A stretch of DNA of 63,999 bases, the filler included, from Diploschistes diacapsis (taxonomy: Eukaryota), in NCBI GenBank assembly GCA_023645945.1. It is 4 parts of 4 records of this genome, joined end to end, with 100 filler letters (N's around TTAATTAATTAA, not from the genome) between each part and the next. Parts side by side here need not be neighbours in the genome. Positions count along the whole stretch, not along the records: positions 48,247 to 63,999 come from JALAIB010000536.1; 3 more parts are not named here. One strand, written 5' to 3'. This document shows, piece by piece, positions 54,327-63,999 of the stretch. The notes below the pieces were generated by a model that saw only the letters and a program-made list of their open reading frames with translations, was not told the origin of the DNA and made no database searches. The translations under genes and the position numbers were made by a program. Positions within the stretch are counted from its first letter, which is position 1; the number at the start of each line of letters is the position of its first letter.

Positions 54327-54786
54327 AAACTGTAAGAGGTTTGCATTCACACTTTGAGAATGAGATCGTAAATGCCCTCGTCTTTTCATAGTGTTAAATG
54401 GGCTGTGTGTGTGTGTTTGAATGTGCATGAGCTCGAATGATGATCTCTACCCGCCGGCGCGATAATAGCATTTCCACTTGCCTCTTTTCAGTTAGGAGTC
54501 TGTGCTGCTACCCTTGCCGGACACAGTGGGCGCAGAGAAAAAAAAGATAACAGGGGGAAAGTTAAAAGCTCGGAGGCTTTGCGATACAAGTGTTTGCTTT
54601 GTACATGATCAAGTTTGCCTGGTCTTTGCCTTCATACGTTGATGCAGGGATCTTCTATTTAGTCGTACCAACGCATGTGATGGATGGCAGCTGTGTCTCC
54701 ATGCTAATCTTAGAGAGAAGAAGAGTAGCCACCGCTATCCTCGCCATCACACAAAGTTATTCTCATTCCTGCCCAGAGCAATTGCA

Positions 54787-55628
54787 ATGTACCTCGACTG
54801 TTTGACCCCAAGGTCCATCCGCTATTCTGCTATTCTGGGCACGAGCAGGTTCGACGGAGGCTTCCGTACTGAGCAAAAGCAGAAAACCCGCTGGTATCTA
54901 ATACCGACAGTGCTTGCTTTGATGATTGCATCCGGCAGTGTTGGCTACATCTTCGGTAGTTCTTCACATTCCGATCATGATTCCGGGCTGCTTGGTATGA
55001 CTTCTCCTGTCCTCCAGGTTCTGATTTGCTCCTAAGACTTCTTCTCATAAGCCCCTGCTGGGACGGTCGAGAAGCAATTTACGTACAACCGTACGTTTTC
55101 AGTGGCGCCCACAAGCGAGACGATCGAAGCTTGGAAAGGGTTATTTCCAGGTATGCGTCTTGGCCAGAGGAAACTAGTCGGATCGGATCAAAATAATGGA
55201 AAGAAACGAAGCAGATAATGGAGGATTCATTCATCACCCTGTGCTGGCCACCAATTTCTCGGGAATCGCCGTGTTTCATCAACTTCATTGCCTGGTGAGC
55301 CGAGATGTGCCTCCTTTATTCCACTTGTTGACTATTGGATCAAAAGCATGCTCTATATGACCTTTATTACGGTTCGATGGAGCAAGAATTGCAGAGGACT
55401 CGAGAGCGGCATTCTAAACATTTAGATCCTTCAGTCCACGCGCGTCATTGCTTCGATTACCTACGGCAGTCTCTGATGTGTCAAGCGGATACTAACCTCG
55501 AGCCGTACGATTATCATCTGGACGGTGTGACGGGATGGGTGCAGAGGAACTGCCGCGATTACGACGCAGTAGTCACCTTTGCCAATGCTTGGGGTGGTAG
55601 CAAGTATGCAAACAAGCAGGACAAGTAA
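54787..55628 (+). CDS. DUF3328 / UstYa-family oxidase (copy 1), 3 introns
   Basis: N-terminal TM helix, FTYNRTFS…EAWKGLFP|DNGGFIHHP, twin HxxHC motifs AVFHQLHCL and HARHCFDYLRQSLMCQADTNLEP, and GW…CRDYD. Confidence 0.93.
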
Positions 55629-55761
55629 ATAGAATCTGTGGAAGCAAACTCTTTACCCATTCGTCGCGAGTTAAAGTGGTAAGCGCAAGACCGGTGGCTA
55701 TCTGTAGATTGAAACCAAGGGCTTGCTATATCGACCAAAACTTTCCTGGTTCCGACAGGAT

Positions 55762-56854
55762 TCAGAGCACCATGCTCGGTACCGGGGTGCTAAGTAGGGT
55801 CGACCCCAACGGCAGTTCGAGCAAGTCCGGGTCAAATAAATTAACCGTGCGTTTTGCAGTCCATTCTCTCAATCGTCCCCAGTTCACACATTGATGGTAA
55901 GTTCTTGTCTTGACGAAGGGATACAACAAGCCCTCTTCAGTCCTGGCAAAATAGAATGGTGTGAGGGAAATATCGCCACTGCACATCGTGGCAAGCCGTA
56001 GCACCTCCAAACAATGATCTAAGAGAATTGGCTTATGTCTCCAAGGCGGTTCGGGAACGCTCACCAACGTGCATTCTTTGGGCCTTTAGTTCCAGCTCTG
56101 TCGCATTCGGAAAGTAGTGCTCGTGGGAGAGATAGTGTCGAATTTGTTTCTGTAAGTGAGTAGTGAGACAGAGCCTTGGAGTAACAGGCGGGTAGGGTAA
56201 CAAGTATTACCAGACAATGTAACTGGTGTGTAGATGCCAACTGAGCGACATATCCCTAAATCACGCTCTATTAGGTACAAAACCCAAGCTGTAAGGCTTT
56301 TCAAAGACGACCAACCGTTCCGTTCTTAAAGATCAATGAGGTATAGTTGGCGGCTTCCAATTCCTCTTTAGATACACGGATGTGAGAATCTGGGCTTGCA
56401 ATATCAGCCAGCGAATAGAAACCTCCAAGGCAAAGGGTGATAATCATGATACATCTCAAGAGCTCATGCCAGGCTTTGTCGAATTCTGGACGCGGATCCC
56501 CAGTGAAAGGGTTGTCGTAGGTCCGTGGATAGAATGTCTGCTGTTGGTATTCAACGGCAATAGTTGCTGGTGCTGGGTCTGATTAGCTACCATCGGGGTC
56601 TGCAAGAGAATAGACCTACAGGGAACTTTAAAAGAATGAGGTGTTGAGTGAACAATAAAGAAGAAAATGCAAGTATAGAGTGCAATCAGACCGATATGTA
56701 GATTAATAGGCTGACAGACAAGCCGACGAAGCTGCTGCGTAGAATGCTTGCCATCGTTGTTACCGTTCAATAGGGAAATGTCCTCCCCGCCATCAGGGCA
56801 ATGCTCTTTTGAAAGGGAATGCCGAGAATCAAAACTCATCGCGTCTGTTGTCAT
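55762..56854 (-). CDS. DUF3328 / UstYa-family oxidase (copy 2, different subfamily), ~5 introns
   Basis: TM helix, NPFTGDPRPEFDKAWHELL, HIRVSKEEL, GYVAQLASTHQLHCL|KQIRHYL, HV|DHCLEVLRLATMCSGD, and HQCVNWGRLREW. Confidence 0.92.
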
Positions 56855-57199
56855 CTGTTCACAATCAATATGGCACTTTGGAAGACAGGTTTTCGGATAC
56901 CAGAGGTTCAATTATAGTTATCTATTAACTGTTGCACAAGGCATCTGCAGATGGGGGGGACTTCTTCCATTCAGTCACCACCAGCTTGACCCATTCACCC
57001 CTGCGTACATACACACACATGCAGCACATCAGACAACAAGTAATTCATGTGTATTTTTACTCTGTGATATTGCAAAGCGCCAGTTTAGTGCCGCTAGGCC
57101 ACATAGCCAAAAGACCAACAATACTGGATGGTGCCAGTATTGAACTACGCTGATATATATAGCGAAACCCACGGTAGATACTTCATATATAAAAGTTAC

Positions 57200-58067
57200 T
57201 CAGTCATTCTTCGCTTCCCTCGCGATGCGCAAGACGAATTGCTTGACCTCTTCGGGCTTGGTGAGCCAAGGTATATGGCCAGTCTCTAGAGTCTTCGTCT
57301 TCTCCTCAGGGAAGCCTGCCATCTCCACCGTTTTCAGCTGATAGTCATGCTTGAAAGCTTGGTCCAGAGTGGTCAGGATATAACCGGATGGAATCTCTCT
57401 GTATGTCTCGTGTGTAAGCGGGGAATCGTAGACACTAAACACGCTTGTTAGGCGAGGAATACAAGCTAGTTTTTCAGAGCGCATCTCACCCAACAGATTG
57501 CGCTTTTAGTAACGAAGTCCAGTATCTCGCCTGGCTTTCCTCCAGATCGTTGTAGAACATGTTAGTAGCAAAATCTGGCGGCAGACCCAACAGACCGTCC
57601 TGTTGCCAGTCTTTGAGTCTTCTCTCCGTCTTGAATTGGCCGGATTAACTTACTTGGGTGAAAGCTTGCCGCGCCGGCTTCCAAGTCAGGTCACCAACAG
57701 CCCCCAGGTGGTCATCGAAACAGTTACCCTTTCTGGGCACCATTGAAGCGATATATATCAAAGCTATGACGCCCGCACCACTTGTCGAGCTTTTCCCCAG
57801 CCCGTGCAGCGCTTCGGATCCCGCAATCCCTCCAAGTGAGTGCAAGACGGCGATGATGTCTTTTTTCTCCTCAACTAGCCGGTTAGCTACATTGCCCACT
57901 GCAGCAACATCGCCAGAAAAATCTGTTGCTGGTGGATGGGCGCCGACGCTAGGAAGGCCAATGGCCTCCGTGGGGTATCCTGCATTCTCGAAGACTTTTG
58001 CAAGGGGCTCAAGATAGTCAACTGTATGCCACGCTCCACCAACAATAAGAACTGTTGGTTTCTCCAT
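57200..58067 (-). CDS. Alpha/beta hydrolase (Abhydrolase_6 / methylesterase-like), 2 introns
   Basis: KPTVLIVGGAWH, nucleophile elbow HSLGG, acid in TLDQA, and His in TGHIPW. Confidence 0.9.
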
Positions 58068-58525
58068 CACCTTAAAGTACAAGAACAGAAGGAGACAATT
58101 TGACAGCAATTGAGAAAAGCAAGTGGAGGAGAGGACGCGCAGAGGATGATTCTAGTACAGAAGACTTACGCTGGCGCTTCAGCTGAAGTAGCTAGGAAAG
58201 CATGTGGGATCGCGATGGAGAGGTGTGATATCTCCCCCCTGCTTACACCGAGTGGCTTGACTCCGGTGCAGCGAGTGGAATACACAGCGTAGCACAAGAA
58301 TATAATAAAACCAAGAAAGTAAAAGTTGCGATCTTGAGGAGGTGTGTGACTGACACTAAGTAGAGGAAATACGGGACAACCCGGTCCCCGCTTGCCCAAC
58401 CAACTGCATAAACGAGGCAATGCTTCACCATGCTAGCTTTCACGAAAACGGGGAAAAGTACATAGTAAACCATAGGGTAACAGCAACTGCCTTGCTGCTT
58501 CAAGTGGCTTCTGTATCGTCCGATT

Positions 58526-59533
58526 CTAGGAACGTGAGCGGCTTGCAAGAATCAGCACGATTGGCCAGGTGTACAGCCTCGTTGCCTTTTCCCCTCCCAT
58601 TCCCACCTTCAGCTGTTCAAAGAGTTGCCTCATCTCTGCGTCTGCTTCCACTGCCGAGTCCACTCCTGGGAAGCTAGAATTCACGTATTTTCTTACCCCA
58701 TGGATATTCCAGCCGGCCTTCCAGAACCCAGCATCTTCTTTTTCAACAACCTTCTCGGTCATCCTAACTCGATTCGTTAGCTCAACAACAAAGTCGACGG
58801 CTTCTGGCCCAAACCCCATCTTTGCACTCTTCGCGTTCCACTTTATTCGCTGCACCAGGTCCCAATGTCCGTCAGAGAGATCCACATTGTCCAGCCAGCT
58901 TGCCATTCCCTCTGCTGCTCTTTTCCATGTAGCTCTGTTCTCCGTGTCTCCGCCCTTGATCACCTTGCCGAAGGTCAAGTTTAATATTCGGTCGAACAGT
59001 GGCTGGCATCGTGCCTTGTACTCAAGCTCCGAAAAGTGAGGTCTTCCATAGAACCATATCGCTAAAGTACCATTGGGTTTGAGCACGCGCGCAAAACTCG
59101 ACAATGCAGCAGCTGAATCCAGGAGAGGAAAGCACTGTGCTGCAGTGATGAGGTTGGCGGACTCTGGCGGACAGTGGCGACTTAGATTCTCCGCTGTGCA
59201 TTGTACATATTGAATATGGTTTGAGGATAGTACCTGACATTTCCGCAGAGCGTCAAGGGAGGAGATATTACTGTCGCTTGCTATAACACGCCCGAAGCGC
59301 TTGGATATCTCGATTGCGGCTTTACCGGAGCCGCAAGCGACATCATGAGCGATCCCAAACAACGTCGAATCTTGAAGCTTGCAGGAGTGATATTCGTAAA
59401 TAATCCTGAGGAAGTCAGAGTCAGCGTAATTAGGACGCACAGCTTCATATTCTCTCCAGTAATCCTCTTCTGAGCCCGAATCGACCTTCCAAAGACCCGA
59501 GCCGGCAGAGGAAGAAGCTTTCGCCGTCGTCAT
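58526..59533 (-). CDS. SAM-dependent methyltransferase (Methyltransf_11, Crg1/Tmt1-like), intronless
   Basis: YEAVRPNY, AHDVACGSG motif I, RVIASD, ANLITAAQCF, and VLKPNGTLAIWFYG. Confidence 0.9.
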   Translation of the reverse strand: MTTAKASSSAGSGLWKVDSGSEEDYWREYEAVRPNYADSDFLRIIYEYHSCKLQDSTLFGIAHDVACGSGKAAIEISKRFGRVIASDSNISSLDALRKCQVLSSNHIQYVQCTAENLSRHCPPESANLITAAQCFPLLDSAAALSSFARVLKPNGTLAIWFYGRPHFSELEYKARCQPLFDRILNLTFGKVIKGGDTENRATWKRAAEGMASWLDNVDLSDGHWDLVQRIKWNAKSAKMGFGPEAVDFVVELTNRVRMTEKVVEKEDAGFWKAGWNIHGVRKYVNSSFPGVDSAVEADAEMRQLFEQLKVGMGGEKATRLYTWPIVLILASRSRS

Positions 59534-61373
59534 CTGTCCGATACACAATAAGCTTGAAAGATATGAGCCAAGAACAAGAGCTGGACAAGTAGGGATTGAG
59601 GCTTATAATTATTTCAACATTTCTCCTCACTATAATTGCTCTCGCGCTAATGAACGATGCATTGCCTGCAGGTTGCAAGTTGCACGAGACCGATCATTAA
59701 CCTTCTGCGATCCGACAGCCATTGTATAGGATATAGTTACTGGCTGTTGACCAATTGGGAAGGTCCACATTGAGAAATTCTTATACCCGGCCCCTAACAT
59801 TCTTTCTGTCTTCTGACATGGGCAAGTACGAAGCGGCTGGTATAACATAGCCGCATCTCACTCCGCCATAAACCTCGAATTCATCATCAACGTCACCCTG
59901 ACCTCTTCCGGCGCATACTGGAACGCTTCCTCCCCCACATCCTTCCACCCCTCCTCCACCATATTCCGCGTCTCGCTCGCCGCCGTATCTGCCGGCCCTT
60001 CCGCGTCTAGCAAGCGGCCCTTCATCGACGACGTCTGCACGGACTTCTTTGCGCCGATCAACTCGAACGGCCTTCTACAACGCCTGCGTCTCGAGCGTGA
60101 GCGTCCAGATCACGCCATTCCCCGAGACGTGCAGGATGGAGACGAGGGCGTGGATGAGGGGGTCGAGGCCAAGGGCACGAAGGTGAGGGGTTGGATGTCG
60201 AAGGAGTTCTTGGCGGTGTGTTCTTCAGGGAAGTGTTGGGATTTGCGCTACGGCGTGTGCGAGGTTTCGGTAAGGGAGGTGCGGGACCAGTAGTCTATGG
60301 CTGGGAGGACGTGGGGGCTAGTGGTGGCGGTAGTAATAGTAGTAATAGTGGTGGTAGTGGTGGTGGTAGTGATGGTGGTGGTGGTGGTGGTTCAGGAGAG
60401 CGAGCGGAGGAGAGTCTCGACCTTGTGGGCGGAGTCGATGTTGCCGGCGGTTGAGGCGGGCTTGTCGGTCAGCGTAGTCCAGACGGCGATTTTCAGGGTG
60501 GCGCGCTCCAGCGGGAGGAAGATGCCGGCTTCGCCGTCGAATTTGATTTCGCAGAGTCGCCCTTTGATGTTGGAGTCGGTCACTGTGAGAGTGTTGGCGG
60601 TATTTCTTTCGAAATGTTTAGTTACGGGTTGCGGTAGGATCAAGTTGCCAAAATATACCACGAAAGAGTTTCGAGGAGAAAGGGCGGTTGGAACAAAAGG
60701 TCTCATAGTTTGCTCTCTTATGTGCAACGGTGCAGGCAGCCGTGCGTTCACTACCAGGACTCTGTACTAGCGTCAAGTCTCCGAAAACAAGGCTCGTCTG
60801 TATAGATGGTTTTGCCTGCCATAGGCAGGTAATGAATTCCGTATCATGGTCAGGACTTTGTGGATACCAAGTTAGAAGTACGGTTCAATCATTCTGACCG
60901 ACATCATAGCCACACATTCTCAAGGAAAAACCCGGTAATACCTTTTGGGCCGGTCCTGGGCCCAAGTAGAGCGATATTGGGTCACCGTCCTGATTAATTC
61001 TTATTTACTCATCTCGAGATCGAGAACTCGAGAAAAGGAAACATGAGAGTGCCAAAGGGGTGTAGAGTGAACTAAAAAAAGGCCTGACAAAAGGACATTG
61101 TTTCAAGGCAAACGAGCAAATAGGCAGTTAGGAGTAAAGAGATAAGGAATGCCGCCAGGAATTCGGAAAGGTTTATGTTAAATCTTCTAACTTATTATCG
61201 TTTCAAGGATGGCGTTTTCCTAGTGAAGTGAATCTATCTAGTTGTATACTTCTATCTAGTGGTATATACGACCTATCCAGTACCAACATCTGTCCCTACT
61301 GTACATTCCCGTAAATACAATATATATCCACCACAAGCACCATCTATCCCTTAACAACCAGATATTACACATT

Positions 61374-62846
61374 TTATAGGTTATGTATACCCTCTTCAGA
61401 CCCAACTTCGCCCTCCCTCTCTCCGGTATCCTCATCATCCGCACCCTCAACCTCACCATCATCCTCCGCATCCCATTTCTTTGCAGTCCCCTTAGCCCTA
61501 CCCTTGCTACTCATGAGCTTCGACAGCGGACAAACCCCCACCTTCGCATCCTTACCCATCTTGGCACTACACCACCCACAATTCCTGCCATGCTTGATGA
61601 GGAGATAGTGTAGCGGATACTTCAGGTCGTCCGGGATACGCACGTCCAAATGGGCGTATGCCGACTCCCGCGTGACGGCGCCCATTCGCTTCGGCTTGCC
61701 ACCTTGCTCCTTAGCCAGTGCCTTTGCCAACGTCCGCGCCTTTTGGTCCGACGGCACCCAGCCGAGCCACTTCGTCAGGCGGAAGACGTGGGTGTCCACG
61801 GCGAAGCTAGGGCGCTGCATGCAGAACAGGAGCACGCAGGAGGCCGTCTTAGGACCTATGCCGGGGTACTCGAGGAGCTTGTTGAAGGCTGTGTCGTTGT
61901 CCAGTAGATGCAGGTGGTCGAGCGAGAGGATATTGGAGGCGGCCTTGGTGACTTCGGCCTTGCGCTCACCTTCTTCCTCCTTGATTGCATCTTCCTGGCC
62001 GCCGGCCTGGCCGCTTTCGAGTTTCTCTTTGCGGGCCTGGTTCTCGTCGTACACCATCTGTAGGATCTGCTTGATGTGCCGGCTCTTGACATCCGCGAGG
62101 CCGCCCGTTTTGATGGCTTCGAAGACGAGCTTCACGTCGGCGCGCCGAACGGCGTCCCAGTCGACGCTGCCCTTTCCTACGCCCTCTTGGATGATGCCGA
62201 ATTTTTCGACGAGCCCGCGGAACGCTCGGCTGGAGTTCTGGTTGTTGGTGGCGGCGCTCAGCCGCGTGCGGATTAGGGCGTCGAGCACGCTTGGGACTTC
62301 GCCGCAGCCTGAGTTATTCAAGCTGGGCTGGGGAATCGTCTTTGGCTTTTGTACCTTGCCGTGCGCCTTGCTGAGAATATCACAGACTTCCTTGCATTCT
62401 GCAGGAGTTGGGTGGTCATAGCCGGGATACGGAGACTGGCCGGGCGAGAAACCGTACAGGTTTTTCTTGGCCGGGTCTAATTTTGCCCTTTGCGCATTCC
62501 GATTCGCAACGAAGCCAGCTGCCATCTTGGACCCAGCTTCAAGATCCGCATTGGATGGGTTTCTGGTCTTCTTTTTTGAGGCGGAGCTCGAAGATTTGGA
62601 GCTTCGTTTGCGCGGTGACTCTATGTCCGTATCTTCGGTCTTAGTATCTTCAGTTTTGACTTCTTTCTGAGGTGAATCCTGTGCTCCTCGCTTCCGCTTC
62701 CGTGTAGGTTCTGGTAGTTCTGCTTTCACGTTGTTCTTGGATTTGCTTCTGTTTGTCTTAGCTGTGCTTGTTGGTTCAGGGGGTTGATTCGCTTCCTCCT
62801 TGAGCTTCGCTGACCCAATAGAATTTCTAGACCTAGTTGTGGGCAT
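61374..62846 (-). CDS. HhH-GPD base-excision DNA glycosylase (endonuclease III-like)
   Basis: GCGEVPSVLDALIRTRLSAAT, HhH motif LLEYPGIGPKTASCVLLF, FAVDTHVFRL, and HGRNCGWC…CPL. Confidence 0.92.
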   Translation of the reverse strand: MPTTRSRNSIGSAKLKEEANQPPEPTSTAKTNRSKSKNNVKAELPEPTRKRKRGAQDSPQKEVKTEDTKTEDTDIESPRKRSSKSSSSASKKKTRNPSNADLEAGSKMAAGFVANRNAQRAKLDPAKKNLYGFSPGQSPYPGYDHPTPAECKEVCDILSKAHGKVQKPKTIPQPSLNNSGCGEVPSVLDALIRTRLSAATNNQNSSRAFRGLVEKFGIIQEGVGKGSVDWDAVRRADVKLVFEAIKTGGLADVKSRHIKQILQMVYDENQARKEKLESGQAGGQEDAIKEEEGERKAEVTKAASNILSLDHLHLLDNDTAFNKLLEYPGIGPKTASCVLLFCMQRPSFAVDTHVFRLTKWLGWVPSDQKARTLAKALAKEQGGKPKRMGAVTRESAYAHLDVRIPDDLKYPLHYLLIKHGRNCGWCSAKMGKDAKVGVCPLSKLMSSKGRAKGTAKKWDAEDDGEVEGADDEDTGEREGEVGSEEGIHNL

Positions 62847-63471
62847 AGCGACAACATGAAGAAAGCGGACTCTGCAGGTCCAGCTACGAAAGACCAGAGA
62901 AATAATGATGGGTGTAGCTGATTAAATGACAATATACTTTTGCTTGGGTAATGATTATTATGATCAAGAATCTGAATGAAATTGCAAGGCAATTATTTGT
63001 TGAGAATATTGGTATAGCAAACTCAGTCACTACTCAGCTGAAGCAAATCAGCTTTCTATACAGTAGAGATTAGCTGGAAAGTAGAGATTCCGTCATAGAA
63101 GACATCCTTCAGCAACAAGCATACATCCGCTTATCTCCGTACTCGTACTTCTTGCGAGCTTCTCAGGCTGACATTGCCTGAAAGTCCAGAGCAGCTCCGG
63201 CGTGCCTCTTAGTCTCCGAGTTCTCAGAACAGGCAATAGAAAAGAGGAGCAGCTTTGGAAAGCCTGGAAAGCAGCAAGACCAACCCCATTCGCAATTACG
63301 AACCTTTCTAGTCAATTCCACCCACAGGCGACTTTGCACCAAGCTCCCTCCACATCCGATCCACGTCTCAGGCACAACACCGAAAGCTTGGAGCTCCACC
63401 AAAATAGACCTCATTCCTTTTCATTTCCAGATCTGCCCGAGTAGCAATCATCTTCCTCGAAATATAATAAT

Positions 63472-63999
63472 ATGTCGACCCTTCTGCCCCCAGCCTCAAA
63501 CCCCTCCGAAGACATCATCACCCAACTTCAAACATGTCTCGATCAGGTACCTTCCTGCCCTTCCGATCCCCTCCCCCTATTCCACAAAGCCCAGCTACAC
63601 AAACTAACACCTCCTCTTGCCTCTCAATAGCTCGCAACCCAATTCTACGCCTCAATCCGCTACATAAACGAGCACCACCCCATGTCCGACTTTGGCCCTC
63701 CCAGCACCGACGGGAACCTTAAAAACTATATGAGCGTCGCCGCCTCCCTCGCCCGCCCCTCCGACCAGCTCCCCAATTCATCTTCCACCCAGCCCTCCAC
63801 CCAGCAGGCCGAATCCACACAACCACCCTCCTCCTTTCCAGCGCAACCCTCCAACCCTGCCTCCCAACAGCCTCCACCCTCAACGCAAGGCAACGCTGAA
63901 GTAGACGACGCCGCCAATCCTGACAGTTACTCAAAATCCCAGTCCAAGGACAAAGACAAAGACAAAGACAAAGACAAAGACAAAGACAAAGACAAAGAA
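63472..63999 (+). CDS. med21: Mediator subunit Med21/Srb7, partial (runs off the window); intron 63547-63630
   Basis: DIITQLQTCLDQ|LATQFYASIRYI matches the Med21 N-terminus. The intron is GTACCT…CTAAC…TAG, and the frame stays open to the end of the window. Confidence 0.82.
63949..63999 (+). repeat. (GACAAA)n hexamer repeat encoding a DK tract in Med21
   Basis: About 8 copies at the window end. Confidence 0.9.

Overview
Filamentous ascomycete (Pezizomycotina-type) genomic DNA with spliceosomal introns. The window is not one locus. Three identical 100-bp spacers (44 N + TTAATTAATTAA + 44 N) join four contigs of about 16 kb each, so adjacency across spacers means nothing. Contig 1 (1-15999) holds a disrupted NAD(P)H-binding/hemerythrin gene pair, a ZIP zinc transporter with a 175-bp MITE upstream, a Yor1-like ABCC exporter, cyp51 with a CGG-N12-CCG promoter site, and an unknown ORF. 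Contig 2 (16100-32091) holds RIP-degraded repeat DNA, a lectin-like beta-propeller gene, pseudogene debris, a PD-(D/E)XK nuclease-like gene and a divergent 2OG-Fe(II) oxygenase/GMC oxidoreductase pair. Contig 3 (32192-48146) holds a RIP-mutated retroelement relic, a secreted double-cupredoxin protein, a BTB-like protein, nimA and areA. Contig 4 (48247-63999) holds the main find, a putative fungal RiPP (dikaritin-type) gene cluster. Its 93-aa spliced precursor, missed by the ORF track, has a signal peptide and three identical VDQDEAAYAAWPVEDH units separated by KR sites. Around it lie two DUF3328/UstYa oxidases, two methyltransferases, an alpha/beta hydrolase and a PTH11-like membrane protein, followed by an HhH-GPD glycosylase and a partial Med21. 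All product calls come from motif recognition by eye; no database searches were run.
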